Virus record (IMG/VR): IMGVR_UViG_3300026484_000053
Span: 32,001-96,000 of that record
Origin: a virus
Length of the DNA: 64,000 nt
Reading direction: 5' to 3' (one strand)
Numbering within the stretch: position 1 is the first letter of the stretch; each line of letters begins with the position of its first letter. The position numbers and the translations under genes are program-made. The notes beneath the pieces were generated by a model. It made no database searches. It worked only from the letters and a program-made list of their open reading frames with translations, and was not told where the DNA came from. Shown here piece after piece: positions 1 through 9,575 of this stretch.

Positions 1-2
1 TG

Positions 3-161
3 ATGCTTAATTATACGCCGTGTAAGAAATTCTTATTAAATATGGAGCAAAGTGTAGATATTAATGTAAATAAACTAGGTAATTGTACGGCTTATTATGA
101 GTCTGTAGAAGACAGTATTGATAAAGTACGAGAATATATAGACAAGAACTTTAAGAGATAA
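3..161 (+). CDS. Hypothetical protein (52 aa visible; may be the 3' end of a gene cut by the window edge)
   Basis: Open frame MLNYTPCKK...DKNFKR* read manually; co-oriented with next gene. Confidence 0.4.
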   Translation: MLNYTPCKKFLLNMEQSVDINVNKLGNCTAYYESVEDSIDKVREYIDKNFKR

Positions 162-185
162 ATAACAATAAACAAAGGAAACGAA

Positions 186-464
186 ATGAAAATATGTAAA
201 AAAGACGCAGCAATCTACTTTAAAGGTCTAAATTTAGAAATTAAACAAGGTGCAACTTACCAAGACGATTCTGAAATTGTATTAGCTAACGCATCGTTAT
301 TTGAAGACGTTAAGGTACAGAAAGCTCCAGTTGCTCCAGTAGCTCCAGTAGCTAAAGTAGAACTTAAAGAAGAATTACTTGCAGAAGCTCCAGTAGCTGA
401 ACTAGAAGTAGAAATCAAAGATGAAGAACTACAAGAAGAAGAGCAAGAAGAAGAAACTAAATAG
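186..464 (+). CDS. Hypothetical acidic protein
   Basis: 92-aa ORF, AAAGGA RBS, APVAPVAPV micro-repeat, Glu-rich tail. Confidence 0.7.
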   Translation: MKICKKDAAIYFKGLNLEIKQGATYQDDSEIVLANASLFEDVKVQKAPVAPVAPVAKVELKEELLAEAPVAELEVEIKDEELQEEEQEEETK

Positions 465-465
465 T

Positions 466-1134
466 TTATCTAGCTACTCTCTTAACAGGGTTGTATTTTC
501 CCTTATCAAAATACGCTAACTGAGAACTTTTGTTCTCTAGTTTAGTCTTAATTAAAAACTGTGTATTTAAGTAATACTCCAGTTTACCATAAGTAGGTAC
601 CTTCGGACCTCTTTTCAATCCACTATCACTCTCTTTACCAAAATCTAATAATATCCTAGTTTCAGAGATAAAGCCTTTTATATATGGGCTGAAGCATACT
701 AAAATATCAACACCTCTAGCATGACCCCATTTATAAAATTTTAAGCCACTTTCTCTAGATAGATCTCTTAGTTCAGAATCAGATGTACCTTTAAATACAA
801 TTACGTTCTTTTTAGATTGCATGTTTCTTAGAGGTACAGGTGCAGTATATTTTTCATACGCTTTATCCATGCCGTCTCTACGCTGTAGTAAGTAATACTC
901 ATTACTTTCAACTGGTATAAGCGCACTAATGAGAAAATTCATCTCTGTTTTTGAAGCAAATTCGTAGTTAATAAACTTAGGCAAATCTTCAGAATCAATT
1001 TGAATGAACCTGCTAAAAGGTGGTTTAATAAGGATATACTCCTTAAATTCAACTTTATTGTTTCTAGCTGCTTCAAGAAACTCATTGTATTGGTCAACAG
1101 TGTAATAATCGTCTAATGTTATATATTTTATCAT
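466..1134 (-). CDS. Hypothetical protein, probably late-expressed
   Basis: 222-aa ORF; TATAAATA late promoter on minus strand at 1140-1147. Confidence 0.7.
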   Translation of the reverse strand: MIKYITLDDYYTVDQYNEFLEAARNNKVEFKEYILIKPPFSRFIQIDSEDLPKFINYEFASKTEMNFLISALIPVESNEYYLLQRRDGMDKAYEKYTAPVPLRNMQSKKNVIVFKGTSDSELRDLSRESGLKFYKWGHARGVDILVCFSPYIKGFISETRILLDFGKESDSGLKRGPKVPTYGKLEYYLNTQFLIKTKLENKSSQLAYFDKGKYNPVKRVAR

Positions 1135-1139
1135 GTAAT

Positions 1140-1147
1140 TATTTATA
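1140..1147 (-). promoter_or_regulatory. T4-type late promoter TATAAATA
   Basis: Exact consensus just upstream of 466..1134. Confidence 0.55.
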
Positions 1148-1204
1148 ACGCAGCGTCATCTTTACACGTATAATTGCACTTTAATACTCTTTTAATACTA
1201 ATTA

Positions 1205-1213
1205 TGATATAAT
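1205..1213 (+). promoter_or_regulatory. Early sigma70-type extended -10 promoter (TGATATAAT)
   Basis: Preceded by two phased TTTAAT tracts like the other 12 copies. Confidence 0.6.
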
Positions 1214-1239
1214 TATAAAAATAAAATTAAAGGATTAAT

Positions 1240-1527
1240 ATGCACAGCACCCGTAACACAGGTCACATAGGTCGACCTGCACGAGCAGTAAAATATAAGC
1301 TAATTAAAGAAGACTCAATTAACGAGCTTAATGAGTTTGTCAATCAGTTTTTATACGATGGATAGAAATGCCAAGGTGGTGTATCAGTAGTTTAAGGTAC
1401 TGAAACTTCCGCTGGAAGTTTCGAAATTCCATCTTATAAGTACAACGGCACGCCTAGGGTAAAACAGTCATTTATACAGGCGATGATATTTACTGATGGT
1501 GTTAAAACGCCTCAAAAAGAGATATAA
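1240..1527 (+). pseudogene. Small gene with two in-frame stops (DUF1737-like pattern)
   Basis: AAGGA RBS and ATG; frame reads KYKLIKEDSINELNEFVNQFLYDG*KCQGGVSVV*GTET...FIQAMIF with TAG at 1363 and TAA at 1393; family pattern YKLI..L...VN..L..GW..GGVSV..QAM recalled. Confidence 0.55.
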
Positions 1528-1563
1528 CAAACAATTAAATTTAAAATTAAAGGAAAGAACAAT

Positions 1564-2037
1564 ATGACAGAACACGAAAAACAAGAAAGAGCAATGGCTG
1601 GATTACAGTTTGCTCTTAAAAAGGCAAGCTTTGAAGTGGCTACATTAATGCTAACTGCAAAGATGCCATTCTTCGTTATTATAGACAGAGATTGCTATAA
1701 TACTATACTTGATGAAGATATAGTAGAAGATTATCCACGAATGATGAAAATAGAGATAGATGGCGACACTCTGCATAATTCTTATATGGAAAACGATAAG
1801 GTAATGGTAATCAATACATATTTTGGCGACGATTCATACAGCATTAAAATACAATTTGAAAATGTATTAGGATTATATGCAGGATCTGATGAACTATTAG
1901 TAGCCGTTCCTTATTTTGAACATCAGGCTTTAATTACTGAAGAAAAAGAACTAGCAAAGAACATGTACAGCATTCAAAAAGCAAAAAGTTTTGAAGCTTT
2001 TAGCAAGCATAATGACTTAAGCAAATTCAAAATATAA
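1564..2037 (+). CDS. SspB-like (ClpXP adaptor fold) protein, tentative
   Basis: YPRMMKIEI...VMVINTYFGDDSYSIKIQFENVLGLY resembles the SspB core YP..M.I.L....V.L.FGG....L.IPF.AI..F. Confidence 0.45.
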   Translation: MTEHEKQERAMAGLQFALKKASFEVATLMLTAKMPFFVIIDRDCYNTILDEDIVEDYPRMMKIEIDGDTLHNSYMENDKVMVINTYFGDDSYSIKIQFENVLGLYAGSDELLVAVPYFEHQALITEEKELAKNMYSIQKAKSFEAFSKHNDLSKFKI

Positions 2038-2058
2038 ACGGTAAATGGTAAACGGTAA

Positions 2059-3174
2059 ATGGTAAAAGATATGAATAAGCAAAGATTTATAAACATGGGA
2101 AGTATTGGGAAATTCAGTGCAGTAGTTAAGAACTTATGTTACCAGGTAGACTACGATGGTAAAGATGAAGAAGGTAACGCTAAGTACTCTTACAAGGAAA
2201 GACCAGTACTTAAGGCGATTGCTACTGAGAAAATACATGGTACTAATATGGCAGTTTGTTATAACGCAGATAGTGGATTTTATGTTCAATCAAGAAAGAA
2301 TATAATTACTCCATTACAGGACAATAACGGCTGTGCGTTCGTTGCAGAGTCTAAAAAAGATGTATGGATGCACATTATCAATGCTCTAGCTGTAGAATAC
2401 AACGTTAATTTAGATACCCATATACTTACTATATACTCAGAATGGTGTGGTGGAAACATTCAACGTAACTCATGCGTATCTGGGCTTGATAAAAGAGCAA
2501 TTATGTTCCAATATTTTAAAGTAAGTCCTTTAGTGCAAGACGAAGAAAATCCAGAAGCAGCAATCTGGTTAGAGACTAGAACAACGCAAGGTTCAATGGG
2601 TAAAGTTTGGGAAGGTAACGCAGACGAGAACATTTTTAATGTTATGGATTTTGAGTATCACGTTATAGAGGTAGATTTTAACAAGCCAGAAGTAGCGCAA
2701 AATTCTATGATTAAACTATTAAAACAAAATGAACTTAATTCACCTACAGCTAAGGCATTTGGTATAGACAAGAATATCTTAGAAGGATATGTTTACACTA
2801 CAATGTTTGAAGGACAACGATACGTTTGGAAAGTAAAGGGAGAAGAACATTCAAAGTCTAGTGGTAAAGTTAAAACTCTTAAAGTAATAGATGAGAAAGA
2901 AGAACAGCTAAAAAGCCACGTAGCGCAAAAAGTAGTGCCTGGATGGAGATTAATGCAAATGTACCAAGAAATTATTAATTCTACATACAACGGTGATGAG
3001 AAGTTACTTAGTATGAAAGACATTGGTATTATGCTAAAATTAGTTAACCAAGATATTGTTAAGGAAGAACTAGATGTCTTAACAGAATCTGGATTTGAAT
3101 TCAAGCACATAAGCTCTTATACTTCTAAGATTATTAAAGCTTGGTTTATCGATAAGATTAATAATAATTTTTAA
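2059..3174 (+). CDS. rnlB: RNA ligase, Rnl2 family
   Basis: Nucleotidyltransferase motifs I (TEKIHGTN), III (YSEWCG), IV (EGYV), V (WKVK). Confidence 0.85.
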   Translation: MVKDMNKQRFINMGSIGKFSAVVKNLCYQVDYDGKDEEGNAKYSYKERPVLKAIATEKIHGTNMAVCYNADSGFYVQSRKNIITPLQDNNGCAFVAESKKDVWMHIINALAVEYNVNLDTHILTIYSEWCGGNIQRNSCVSGLDKRAIMFQYFKVSPLVQDEENPEAAIWLETRTTQGSMGKVWEGNADENIFNVMDFEYHVIEVDFNKPEVAQNSMIKLLKQNELNSPTAKAFGIDKNILEGYVYTTMFEGQRYVWKVKGEEHSKSSGKVKTLKVIDEKEEQLKSHVAQKVVPGWRLMQMYQEIINSTYNGDEKLLSMKDIGIMLKLVNQDIVKEELDVLTESGFEFKHISSYTSKIIKAWFIDKINNNF

Positions 3175-3193
3175 TGTTCCTTTAATCTCTTTG

Positions 3194-3202
3194 TGTTATA
3201 AT
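3194..3202 (+). promoter_or_regulatory. Early extended -10 promoter TGTTATAAT
   Basis: TTTAAT at 3170 and 3181 (11-bp spacing); 3181-3221 matches 19248-19288 at 40/41 nt. Confidence 0.7.
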
Positions 3203-3298
3203 TATATATGATAAACACTTATACAACAGCATCAACAGCATCAACAGCTACAACAGCTGCGTAAGATTTTATTAAAATTTAACACAAAGAGAGACAAA

Positions 3299-3622
3299 AT
3301 GGAAAAAGAAATTAAACACGTATTAACAACTTACAGTGCTTTAACAATACAAGAACTTAAAGACAAAAAACAAAGTACAATTGCAATATTAAGCCGTTGT
3401 AACGATGAGCTAGAAATAACAATACATTTAAGAGAAAAAATGATGAAAGACGTGTCAAATTATACTAATAGAGAATTCGATCTTATTTTTGCTGAAGCAG
3501 ATAGACTAAGCATGGAAAATCTTAAGTTACAAATGATAGTACTAAACAGTGATAGAGCTATACAAATTAAATCAAACGAAGTTAAATCAAACGAAGTTAA
3601 ATCAAACGAAGAAGGAAAATAA
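3299..3622 (+). CDS. Hypothetical helical protein
   Basis: 107-aa ORF after early promoter; EVKSN repeat at C-terminus. Confidence 0.65.
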   Translation: MEKEIKHVLTTYSALTIQELKDKKQSTIAILSRCNDELEITIHLREKMMKDVSNYTNREFDLIFAEADRLSMENLKLQMIVLNSDRAIQIKSNEVKSNEVKSNEEGK

Positions 3623-3623
3623 C

Positions 3624-3914
3624 ATGGCACACGCAAACGTAAGTGACGTAAAACAAGAGCACAAAGAAATCGATAAAGAAACAAGAGCTGGTACAACTGC
3701 AATTTATAACAATAACAAGAGAGTAGAAGAAATAAGAGAATGTTTTACAGATAGAACTCTTCCTGCTAAAGTGTTAGACTTTATATTTTCTGGTCCTGAT
3801 AACGATCAAGAATCTCCAATTGAAATTGCTTTAAAAGAAAATAAAGCTAAAAAGCAAAAAGAAGCTGAAGCTGCTAAAATTGCTTTAAGCGAAAAATACA
3901 AATCTCAGGATTAA
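3624..3914 (+). CDS. Hypothetical protein
   Basis: True start probably ATG 3624 (GAAGGA RBS); the ORF-track extension from 3549 is the off-frame reading of the upstream repeat. Confidence 0.65.
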   Translation: MAHANVSDVKQEHKEIDKETRAGTTAIYNNNKRVEEIRECFTDRTLPAKVLDFIFSGPDNDQESPIEIALKENKAKKQKEAEAAKIALSEKYKSQD

Positions 3915-3917
3915 ATT

Positions 3918-4367
3918 ATGAATGACTTATTACATACGTCACCTAGCTTGAAAAAAGAAAGAATCGACACGTATTTTATGGAACATGCTAAATTAGCATC
4001 TACTATGAGTTACTGTAAAAGAAATCTTGTTGGATCTGTTATTGTTAAAGATAACAGAATTATATCTGAAGGTAGAAATGGAACTGTTGAATCTTCAGAT
4101 AATTGCTGCGAAGAATCTTATAATGGAGAGTTTATTACTAAAAATTCAGTAGTGCATGCTGAAGCTAACGCTATCTTATTCGCTGCTAGACATGGTATAA
4201 GCACACTTGGTTGTACGATTTACATTACTCTTAGTCCTTGTATGGAGTGTGCTAAAATGATTATTCAGTCAGGCATTAAAAGAGTAGTTTATAAAGATGA
4301 TTATAGAGATCTTTCAGGAATTGAGTTCCTTAAAGAAAACAATATAATACCAGTGAAGTTAGGATAA
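3918..4367 (+). CDS. cd: dCMP deaminase
   Basis: Zn motifs HAE and SPCMEC; CKRNLVGSVIVKD; GxNG. Confidence 0.92.
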   Translation: MNDLLHTSPSLKKERIDTYFMEHAKLASTMSYCKRNLVGSVIVKDNRIISEGRNGTVESSDNCCEESYNGEFITKNSVVHAEANAILFAARHGISTLGCTIYITLSPCMECAKMIIQSGIKRVVYKDDYRDLSGIEFLKENNIIPVKLG

Positions 4368-4374
4368 AGACATA

Positions 4375-4980
4375 ATGCAAGAAGTACAAGAAACGCATGA
4401 AGTACAAGAAGTACAGGAAACGAAATTGCATAATTCTATTCTAAATTACGAAGGCAATTTTGTATCGTTAGAAACAGTGCAATACACGCAAGATGGAATA
4501 GATAAAGAGTGGGAATGCGTTAAGTCTATGGATTCAGTTCATATAGCTGTATTTGATGAAGACGCAGAGATATTCTATTTAGCTAAACAAGTTAGAATAC
4601 CAGTTCTAGTTAACGACTCGTCTAACGATGGTATTGTTTACGAATTATGCGCTGGTTGCGTAGATAAAGACAAGAGTATTGAAGAAATTGCACAAGAAGA
4701 AGTACAAGAAGAACTTGGTTTTGACGTACCGTTAGACAAATTAATGTATGTTAAGTCTCTTAAATCTTCTGTAGGTACATCAGGTAGTACATCTCATTTA
4801 TTTTCTTGTAAAGTTAATTCTAGCATGAGAGTAAATGCAGGTGGTGGTACAGAACACGAAAATATTGAAGTACACGAATTACACTTTGAAGACTTTGACC
4901 AATTCATGTGGAACTCAGATGTACACACAGACGCTATAACTATGATGTCATTATGCCAGTTCAGATATGAAAAATTGTAA
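4375..4980 (+). CDS. Nudix hydrolase (ADP-ribose/NDP-sugar pyrophosphatase type)
   Basis: Nudix box AGCVDKDKSIEEIAQEEVQEELG; KQVRIP; GGGTEHENIEV. Confidence 0.85.
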   Translation: MQEVQETHEVQEVQETKLHNSILNYEGNFVSLETVQYTQDGIDKEWECVKSMDSVHIAVFDEDAEIFYLAKQVRIPVLVNDSSNDGIVYELCAGCVDKDKSIEEIAQEEVQEELGFDVPLDKLMYVKSLKSSVGTSGSTSHLFSCKVNSSMRVNAGGGTEHENIEVHELHFEDFDQFMWNSDVHTDAITMMSLCQFRYEKL

Positions 4981-4989
4981 AGGAATAAA

Positions 4990-5925
4990 ATGCCACATGA
5001 AACCCATGAAACCCATGAAACCCAAGAAGAAACTAAATTAGTCTATGCTAAAAATATTATTTACTCAGTTACTGATATTGAATGGCAGTATTTAGACATC
5101 GATTATAGTAGTAATAAGTCTGATTACAAGAATGATGTAACTAAAGGTACTAAGTACGGAGACGAGTTATTAAAATGCTTTAAGTACGCATATAAGAAAC
5201 ATGATAAGAAACATCCAGTAATAATTACTCAAGCACAGTCAGGTCATATTAAAGCATACGATCCTATATTTACTATAGAATCTATAGACCAATCTGAAGC
5301 TAATAAGTTCAGAGATTATTTAGTATCGTACGTTAACAAGGTAGGAGATATCATTACTCATGACATTTGTAATGAATATGCATATGCATTTGACTATTCA
5401 GAAAACACGATTAAAGCTAATGACTTAAAGATGAATCTAGACAATGGTGAAGATAAAGCTGTTCTTAAAGAAATTCGAAAGTTCGAAAAATACGACGCTA
5501 AAGACTTAAACATAGAAATTGATGCTGTAAATATAGCTGCTTGTTTAGATATGTGCGTTAGACCAGGCAGTGATATTAGAGATGCTCTTGAATCAATTAA
5601 TAATTTAAAAGTAACTTATGTTTGTAACTTCGATGGAAAAGCTAAAGAGTATAAAGACGTAATTAAAGACATTATTAGAGTTATTAAACAATGCAGCATT
5701 AAAGTTATTGTAGTAATGAAAGTTACTCCTAAACTTTTTAATAAGATTAGTACTAAAAAGAAGTTAGTTAATTTAACTTCTGAAGCTTCAGAACTTGGAG
5801 TTAATGTAGTAGAAAATAATACTAATTTCAGAACAAAGCTAGTTAAGTGCACGTACGAAGAAAAATTTGATAACTTAATTGGCACTAGAGACGTGTCGTT
5901 TGATATAAAAAATATAAAGGAGTAA
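4990..5925 (+). CDS. Hypothetical protein
   Basis: 311-aa ORF with AAGGA RBS, HET tripeptide repeat at N-terminus; no family recognised. Confidence 0.75.
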   Translation: MPHETHETHETQEETKLVYAKNIIYSVTDIEWQYLDIDYSSNKSDYKNDVTKGTKYGDELLKCFKYAYKKHDKKHPVIITQAQSGHIKAYDPIFTIESIDQSEANKFRDYLVSYVNKVGDIITHDICNEYAYAFDYSENTIKANDLKMNLDNGEDKAVLKEIRKFEKYDAKDLNIEIDAVNIAACLDMCVRPGSDIRDALESINNLKVTYVCNFDGKAKEYKDVIKDIIRVIKQCSIKVIVVMKVTPKLFNKISTKKKLVNLTSEASELGVNVVENNTNFRTKLVKCTYEEKFDNLIGTRDVSFDIKNIKE

Positions 5926-5930
5926 ATAAG

Positions 5931-6233
5931 ATGAAGAAAATAGAAGATAAAACTAGAAACGCTAACAAAGCAATTAAATACTATCTAGAAACACTTATAG
6001 CTGAATGTAAAGAAGCTAGAGATGAAGTAGAAAAACAAGCTTGTAACTGCATAATAGCTAAGCTAAAGGATATTAAGAAAAGAGGCGTTAGAGAAGATGG
6101 TGAAAGAATAAGAAATTACATTGATACTCTTAAAGTAAAAATGCAAGCATCGCTTAGTAGTAGTGATTATCAGATTTACAAAGGTGCTAGACAAAAGTTA
6201 AAGCAAATTGTAAAACAACTGATTAAAGGATAA
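5931..6233 (+). CDS. Hypothetical basic helical protein
   Basis: 100-aa ORF, GGAG RBS, operon context. Confidence 0.7.
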   Translation: MKKIEDKTRNANKAIKYYLETLIAECKEARDEVEKQACNCIIAKLKDIKKRGVREDGERIRNYIDTLKVKMQASLSSSDYQIYKGARQKLKQIVKQLIKG

Positions 6234-6236
6234 TAG

Positions 6237-6575
6237 ATGCCATTAACAAATATATTAGGTGCAGGTGATTTAAGTGGGAAAAGAAATGTAAGAAATACAA
6301 TATTAAGATTTGGAAATGAAGATATAAACGCGATTATACGAGAGTTAGAAGTAATTAATCTTACAGGTCAATTACTTCATATTAAATCTAACAAGGATTT
6401 AGTACTTAAATTCTTTAAGGATTACATTAAATATAATCCTGAGCGTAAAGTATTTTCAACGAATAGTGAAGACAGGTATGATATTGCATTGAATATTAAC
6501 GAGCTAATTGAGCAAGTACCATTCGGATTAGTTGAGTTATTAACTCCTGAAGACGTAAATAAAAGTCATTTGTAA
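6237..6575 (+). CDS. Hypothetical protein
   Basis: 112-aa ORF, AAGGA RBS. Confidence 0.7.
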   Translation: MPLTNILGAGDLSGKRNVRNTILRFGNEDINAIIRELEVINLTGQLLHIKSNKDLVLKFFKDYIKYNPERKVFSTNSEDRYDIALNINELIEQVPFGLVELLTPEDVNKSHL

Positions 6576-6627
6576 TGACAGTAGCAGTAACGGCAGTAAC
6601 GGTAATAACGGTAATAAAGGCATTAAA

Positions 6628-6852
6628 ATGAATACGCACAGAGCGCACAGAGCACCAAGTAAAACGCAGCAAGAAATTAAATTTGCGCATGATAATAAAG
6701 TAGCAAATAGAGAATATAATATGTCTTATGAAGAAATTGCTAAAGAACTTAATATTACAGTAAGCGAAGTACAAATAGCTGAAAAATCAGCTATGAAAGT
6801 ATTTAAGCATCCAGTTAACGGTAATCTTTTAAAAGATTACCTGTCTATGTAA
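6628..6852 (+). CDS. Stand-alone sigma70 region-4-like HTH protein
   Basis: MSYEEIAKELNITVSEVQIAEKSAMKVFKHP matches sigma 4.2 pattern MTLEEIG..LGVT.ERV.Q.E..AL.KLRHP. Confidence 0.7.
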   Translation: MNTHRAHRAPSKTQQEIKFAHDNKVANREYNMSYEEIAKELNITVSEVQIAEKSAMKVFKHPVNGNLLKDYLSM

Positions 6853-6883
6853 ACGCATAAATAAAAATAAAGAAAGGACATAT

Positions 6884-8125
6884 ATGTCACAAAATAAATT
6901 AAGGTTCTTAAATTACGATCAGGAGTTTAAGTTTCAAGGTTTAAAACAAATGAGAGATACAGATGTTTACACTGTAACAGATAATAACTATTTAGCTAAT
7001 TTAACAACTTCCGAAACAGTACTACATGCTGGTAAAAACACATCTGGTCATAAACATGACGGATTAGACGAAGTGTATATGTTTACTAAAGGACATGGAG
7101 ATATCGAAATAGATCAAGTAAGATTTAGTGTAGAAGCAGGCGATATCGTGCATGTTAAAGGCGGCGAATTCCATAAAGTATTTAATACAGGAACTTCTGA
7201 CCTTATATTTGTAGCAATATTTCAAAAGTATACAAGACCAGAAGACGAAGCTATTAGTTCTACTAAAGGTATTCTGTTAGCAGGTGGAAGTGGCACAAGA
7301 TTAAGCCCTTATACTATTACAAGTTCAAAACAAGAGGCAATTGTGTATTCTAAACCAATGATTTATTATCCTTTAAGTACTCTAATGATGGCTGGTATTA
7401 AAGATATTCTTATTATTTCTACTCCTGTGGATCTTCCTAACTATGAGAAGATGTTAGGAGACGGATCTGATCTGGGAATAAACATAGAGTATAAAGTACA
7501 AGAAAATCCAGGTGGAATAGCTGAAGCATTTATCTTAGGTGAAGACTTTATTGATAATCATGATGTAGCACTTATTCTTGGAGATAATCTTTTCTATGGT
7601 GCAGGATTTACTGAAATACTTGAAGGTGCAAGAAGACAGGCGCAAAATGGTAATGGTGTTATATTTGGATATGAAGTTAAAGACCCTGAGAGGTTCGGAG
7701 TGATTGAAGCCCAAGGTTCAAGAATTATCTCTTTAGAAGAAAAGCCACAACATCCTAAGTCAAATATAGCTTCAGTAGGATTATATTTCTTACCTGCAGA
7801 TTGTGTATCAAAAGCAAAGAACATTAAACCTTCTAAAAGAGGCGAACTTGAAATTACAGATGTTCTTAATGAATTTCTATCTGAAGGAAGACTTCAGTTA
7901 AAAGAACTTGGTAGAGGCTTTGCGTATTTCGATTGCGGTACGATTGAGAGCCTATTTGAAGCTTCAAACTTTGTTAGGACGATTGAGAGTTGCACTAATG
8001 CTAAAATAGGATTAATTGAAGAAGTAGCTTATAACAAAGGTTACATCACAGCGGAGCAGCTTAATAAGTGTAAAAAATACGATAAAGTAGAACTTGGTTA
8101 TTACCTAAAATCGATAGCTCAATAG
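6884..8125 (+). CDS. rmlA: Cupin domain fused to glucose-1-phosphate thymidylyltransferase
   Basis: N-terminal cupin (GHKHDGLDEVY, GGEFHKVFN); then GILLAGGSGTRL, KPMIYYPLSTLMMAGI, LILGDNLFYG, EEKP, RGELEITD. Confidence 0.92.
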   Translation: MSQNKLRFLNYDQEFKFQGLKQMRDTDVYTVTDNNYLANLTTSETVLHAGKNTSGHKHDGLDEVYMFTKGHGDIEIDQVRFSVEAGDIVHVKGGEFHKVFNTGTSDLIFVAIFQKYTRPEDEAISSTKGILLAGGSGTRLSPYTITSSKQEAIVYSKPMIYYPLSTLMMAGIKDILIISTPVDLPNYEKMLGDGSDLGINIEYKVQENPGGIAEAFILGEDFIDNHDVALILGDNLFYGAGFTEILEGARRQAQNGNGVIFGYEVKDPERFGVIEAQGSRIISLEEKPQHPKSNIASVGLYFLPADCVSKAKNIKPSKRGELEITDVLNEFLSEGRLQLKELGRGFAYFDCGTIESLFEASNFVRTIESCTNAKIGLIEEVAYNKGYITAEQLNKCKKYDKVELGYYLKSIAQ

Positions 8126-8249
8126 AGCTGAAAGAGAGATAATTACGGGATCATTAATAATACTATTAATAGTAGCAGCACTAGGATTTGTATTCGGAGA
8201 TGGAGCTTTTGGAGCTAAGCTAGTAAATGCTTTTAATTGGTTAAACACT

Positions 8250-8594
8250 ATGCACTACATTGGGTTTATTATCTTAGGTGTTGTTTCATCTGCGCTGTTT
8301 GTTTTTATGACACTAAGTTCTGGAGCTGTAGCGAGTGATAAATTTGGAAAGCTAGGTACAGCGATAACAGCAGGAGCAGGTGGTATTATAGGAATTGTTA
8401 TTGCTATAATTTTATTAGCTTTTCCAGCCGTTAACATATTTGTAACTTACGAAGTTATGTCACTGATAAACGTTGACGCAACATCGATGTCTGAAATAGG
8501 TCAAGATGCTTGGAATATGATATTCATATACGCTTTAATATTTTTAGCTGCTCTTGGCGTTTCATCTGTTAAGAAGAAGCATTTTAAAGATTAG
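8250..8594 (+). CDS. Small multi-pass membrane protein
   Basis: Several hydrophobic segments; frame stays open and hydrophobic about 44 codons upstream of the ATG, so the true start may be non-AUG. Confidence 0.6.
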   Translation: MHYIGFIILGVVSSALFVFMTLSSGAVASDKFGKLGTAITAGAGGIIGIVIAIILLAFPAVNIFVTYEVMSLINVDATSMSEIGQDAWNMIFIYALIFLAALGVSSVKKKHFKD

Positions 8595-8596
8595 AC

Positions 8597-8618
8597 GTGT
8601 ATAACGCACGTTATACAC
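8597..8618. terminator. Intergenic hairpin (possible terminator or processing site)
   Basis: GTGTATAAC-GCAC-GTTATACAC, 9-bp perfect stem right after the stop codon; no long U tail. Confidence 0.35.
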
Positions 8619-8651
8619 TCAATAAATAACAATAAAACGTAGGATAAAACA

Positions 8652-9575
8652 ATGGATGGAATAAACATCGTAAACGTAATGAATGACTTAATTACTCATT
8701 ACGGAACAACTTATAACTACACTTGTACAGATAATATTAGTCAAGACGATACAACAATTGTTCTTGACAGTGCTGTCTTCCAGTGTGATGGATCTTTAGT
8801 AGGTCATCCGGTAAGTATAACAATAATAGATAATGTTACTACTGAAGAAGAAGATGACGAAGGTAATACAGTAACTACTACAGAGCAAGTACCCCAAGTT
8901 GTTTTTAGCGGTACCATACAAGAGCACGTATCAGGAACTGAATTCACACTAAGCGGTACTATTAACATCGAAAAGAATGACGATGACTGTGATGGAAGCG
9001 ACTCGTGCCAATTAAATCGAACAGCTACAATAGTTGAGATAGGACTTAATCCTAATGTTCTTAGTTTGTGCAACTCTTGTATAGATCAAATGAATTCTGC
9101 TAACGCTGGTATAATGACAGAGTACTACTTTCCTACAACTCATGATACTTTTACGAAATACGCCGATTGGGCTGAAGAAATGATATCTTATGCAGACTCT
9201 TGGAAAGACCCAGACTTTTTAAACAACAAGATGTCAGATTGGATTGTAAAGATGGAAGCACCGAATACTCCATGCGATTTAATTGGAGAAGCTAATATAA
9301 GTGCTTATATTATTAATATAACATCAATGAAAGATGAAGCGCTACAAATGCAAACTGATATTAAGGCTTACTTCGCTAGGTTAAAAAAGAATATTGTTAT
9401 GTGGAAAGTAGAAGCTAAAATGACGTCAGGACAGCCTTCTGATGGGATTTACGGTTCGTTAAGTTCAGAAAGTAAAGCTAAAGTTGATGACTTGTTAGAT
9501 TACAACGCTGCTCACACAGCTGAAGAATATAATGAATATAAGCAGCAGCTAATGCTTGATCTTAAGATAGACTAA
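8652..9575 (+). CDS. Acidic hypothetical protein, probably virion/baseplate-associated
   Basis: 307-aa ORF translationally coupled (TAATG) to the PAAR gene. Confidence 0.6.
   Translation: MDGINIVNVMNDLITHYGTTYNYTCTDNISQDDTTIVLDSAVFQCDGSLVGHPVSITIIDNVTTEEEDDEGNTVTTTEQVPQVVFSGTIQEHVSGTEFTLSGTINIEKNDDDCDGSDSCQLNRTATIVEIGLNPNVLSLCNSCIDQMNSANAGIMTEYYFPTTHDTFTKYADWAEEMISYADSWKDPDFLNNKMSDWIVKMEAPNTPCDLIGEANISAYIINITSMKDEALQMQTDIKAYFARLKKNIVMWKVEAKMTSGQPSDGIYGSLSSESKAKVDDLLDYNAAHTAEEYNEYKQQLMLDLKID

Noticed and set aside
1363-1395. Stop-codon reassignment suggested by in-frame TAG/TAA
   Set aside because: TAG and TAA terminate many conserved genes at the expected positions (rmlA, fdtA, gp20, IntN), so these are nonsense mutations.
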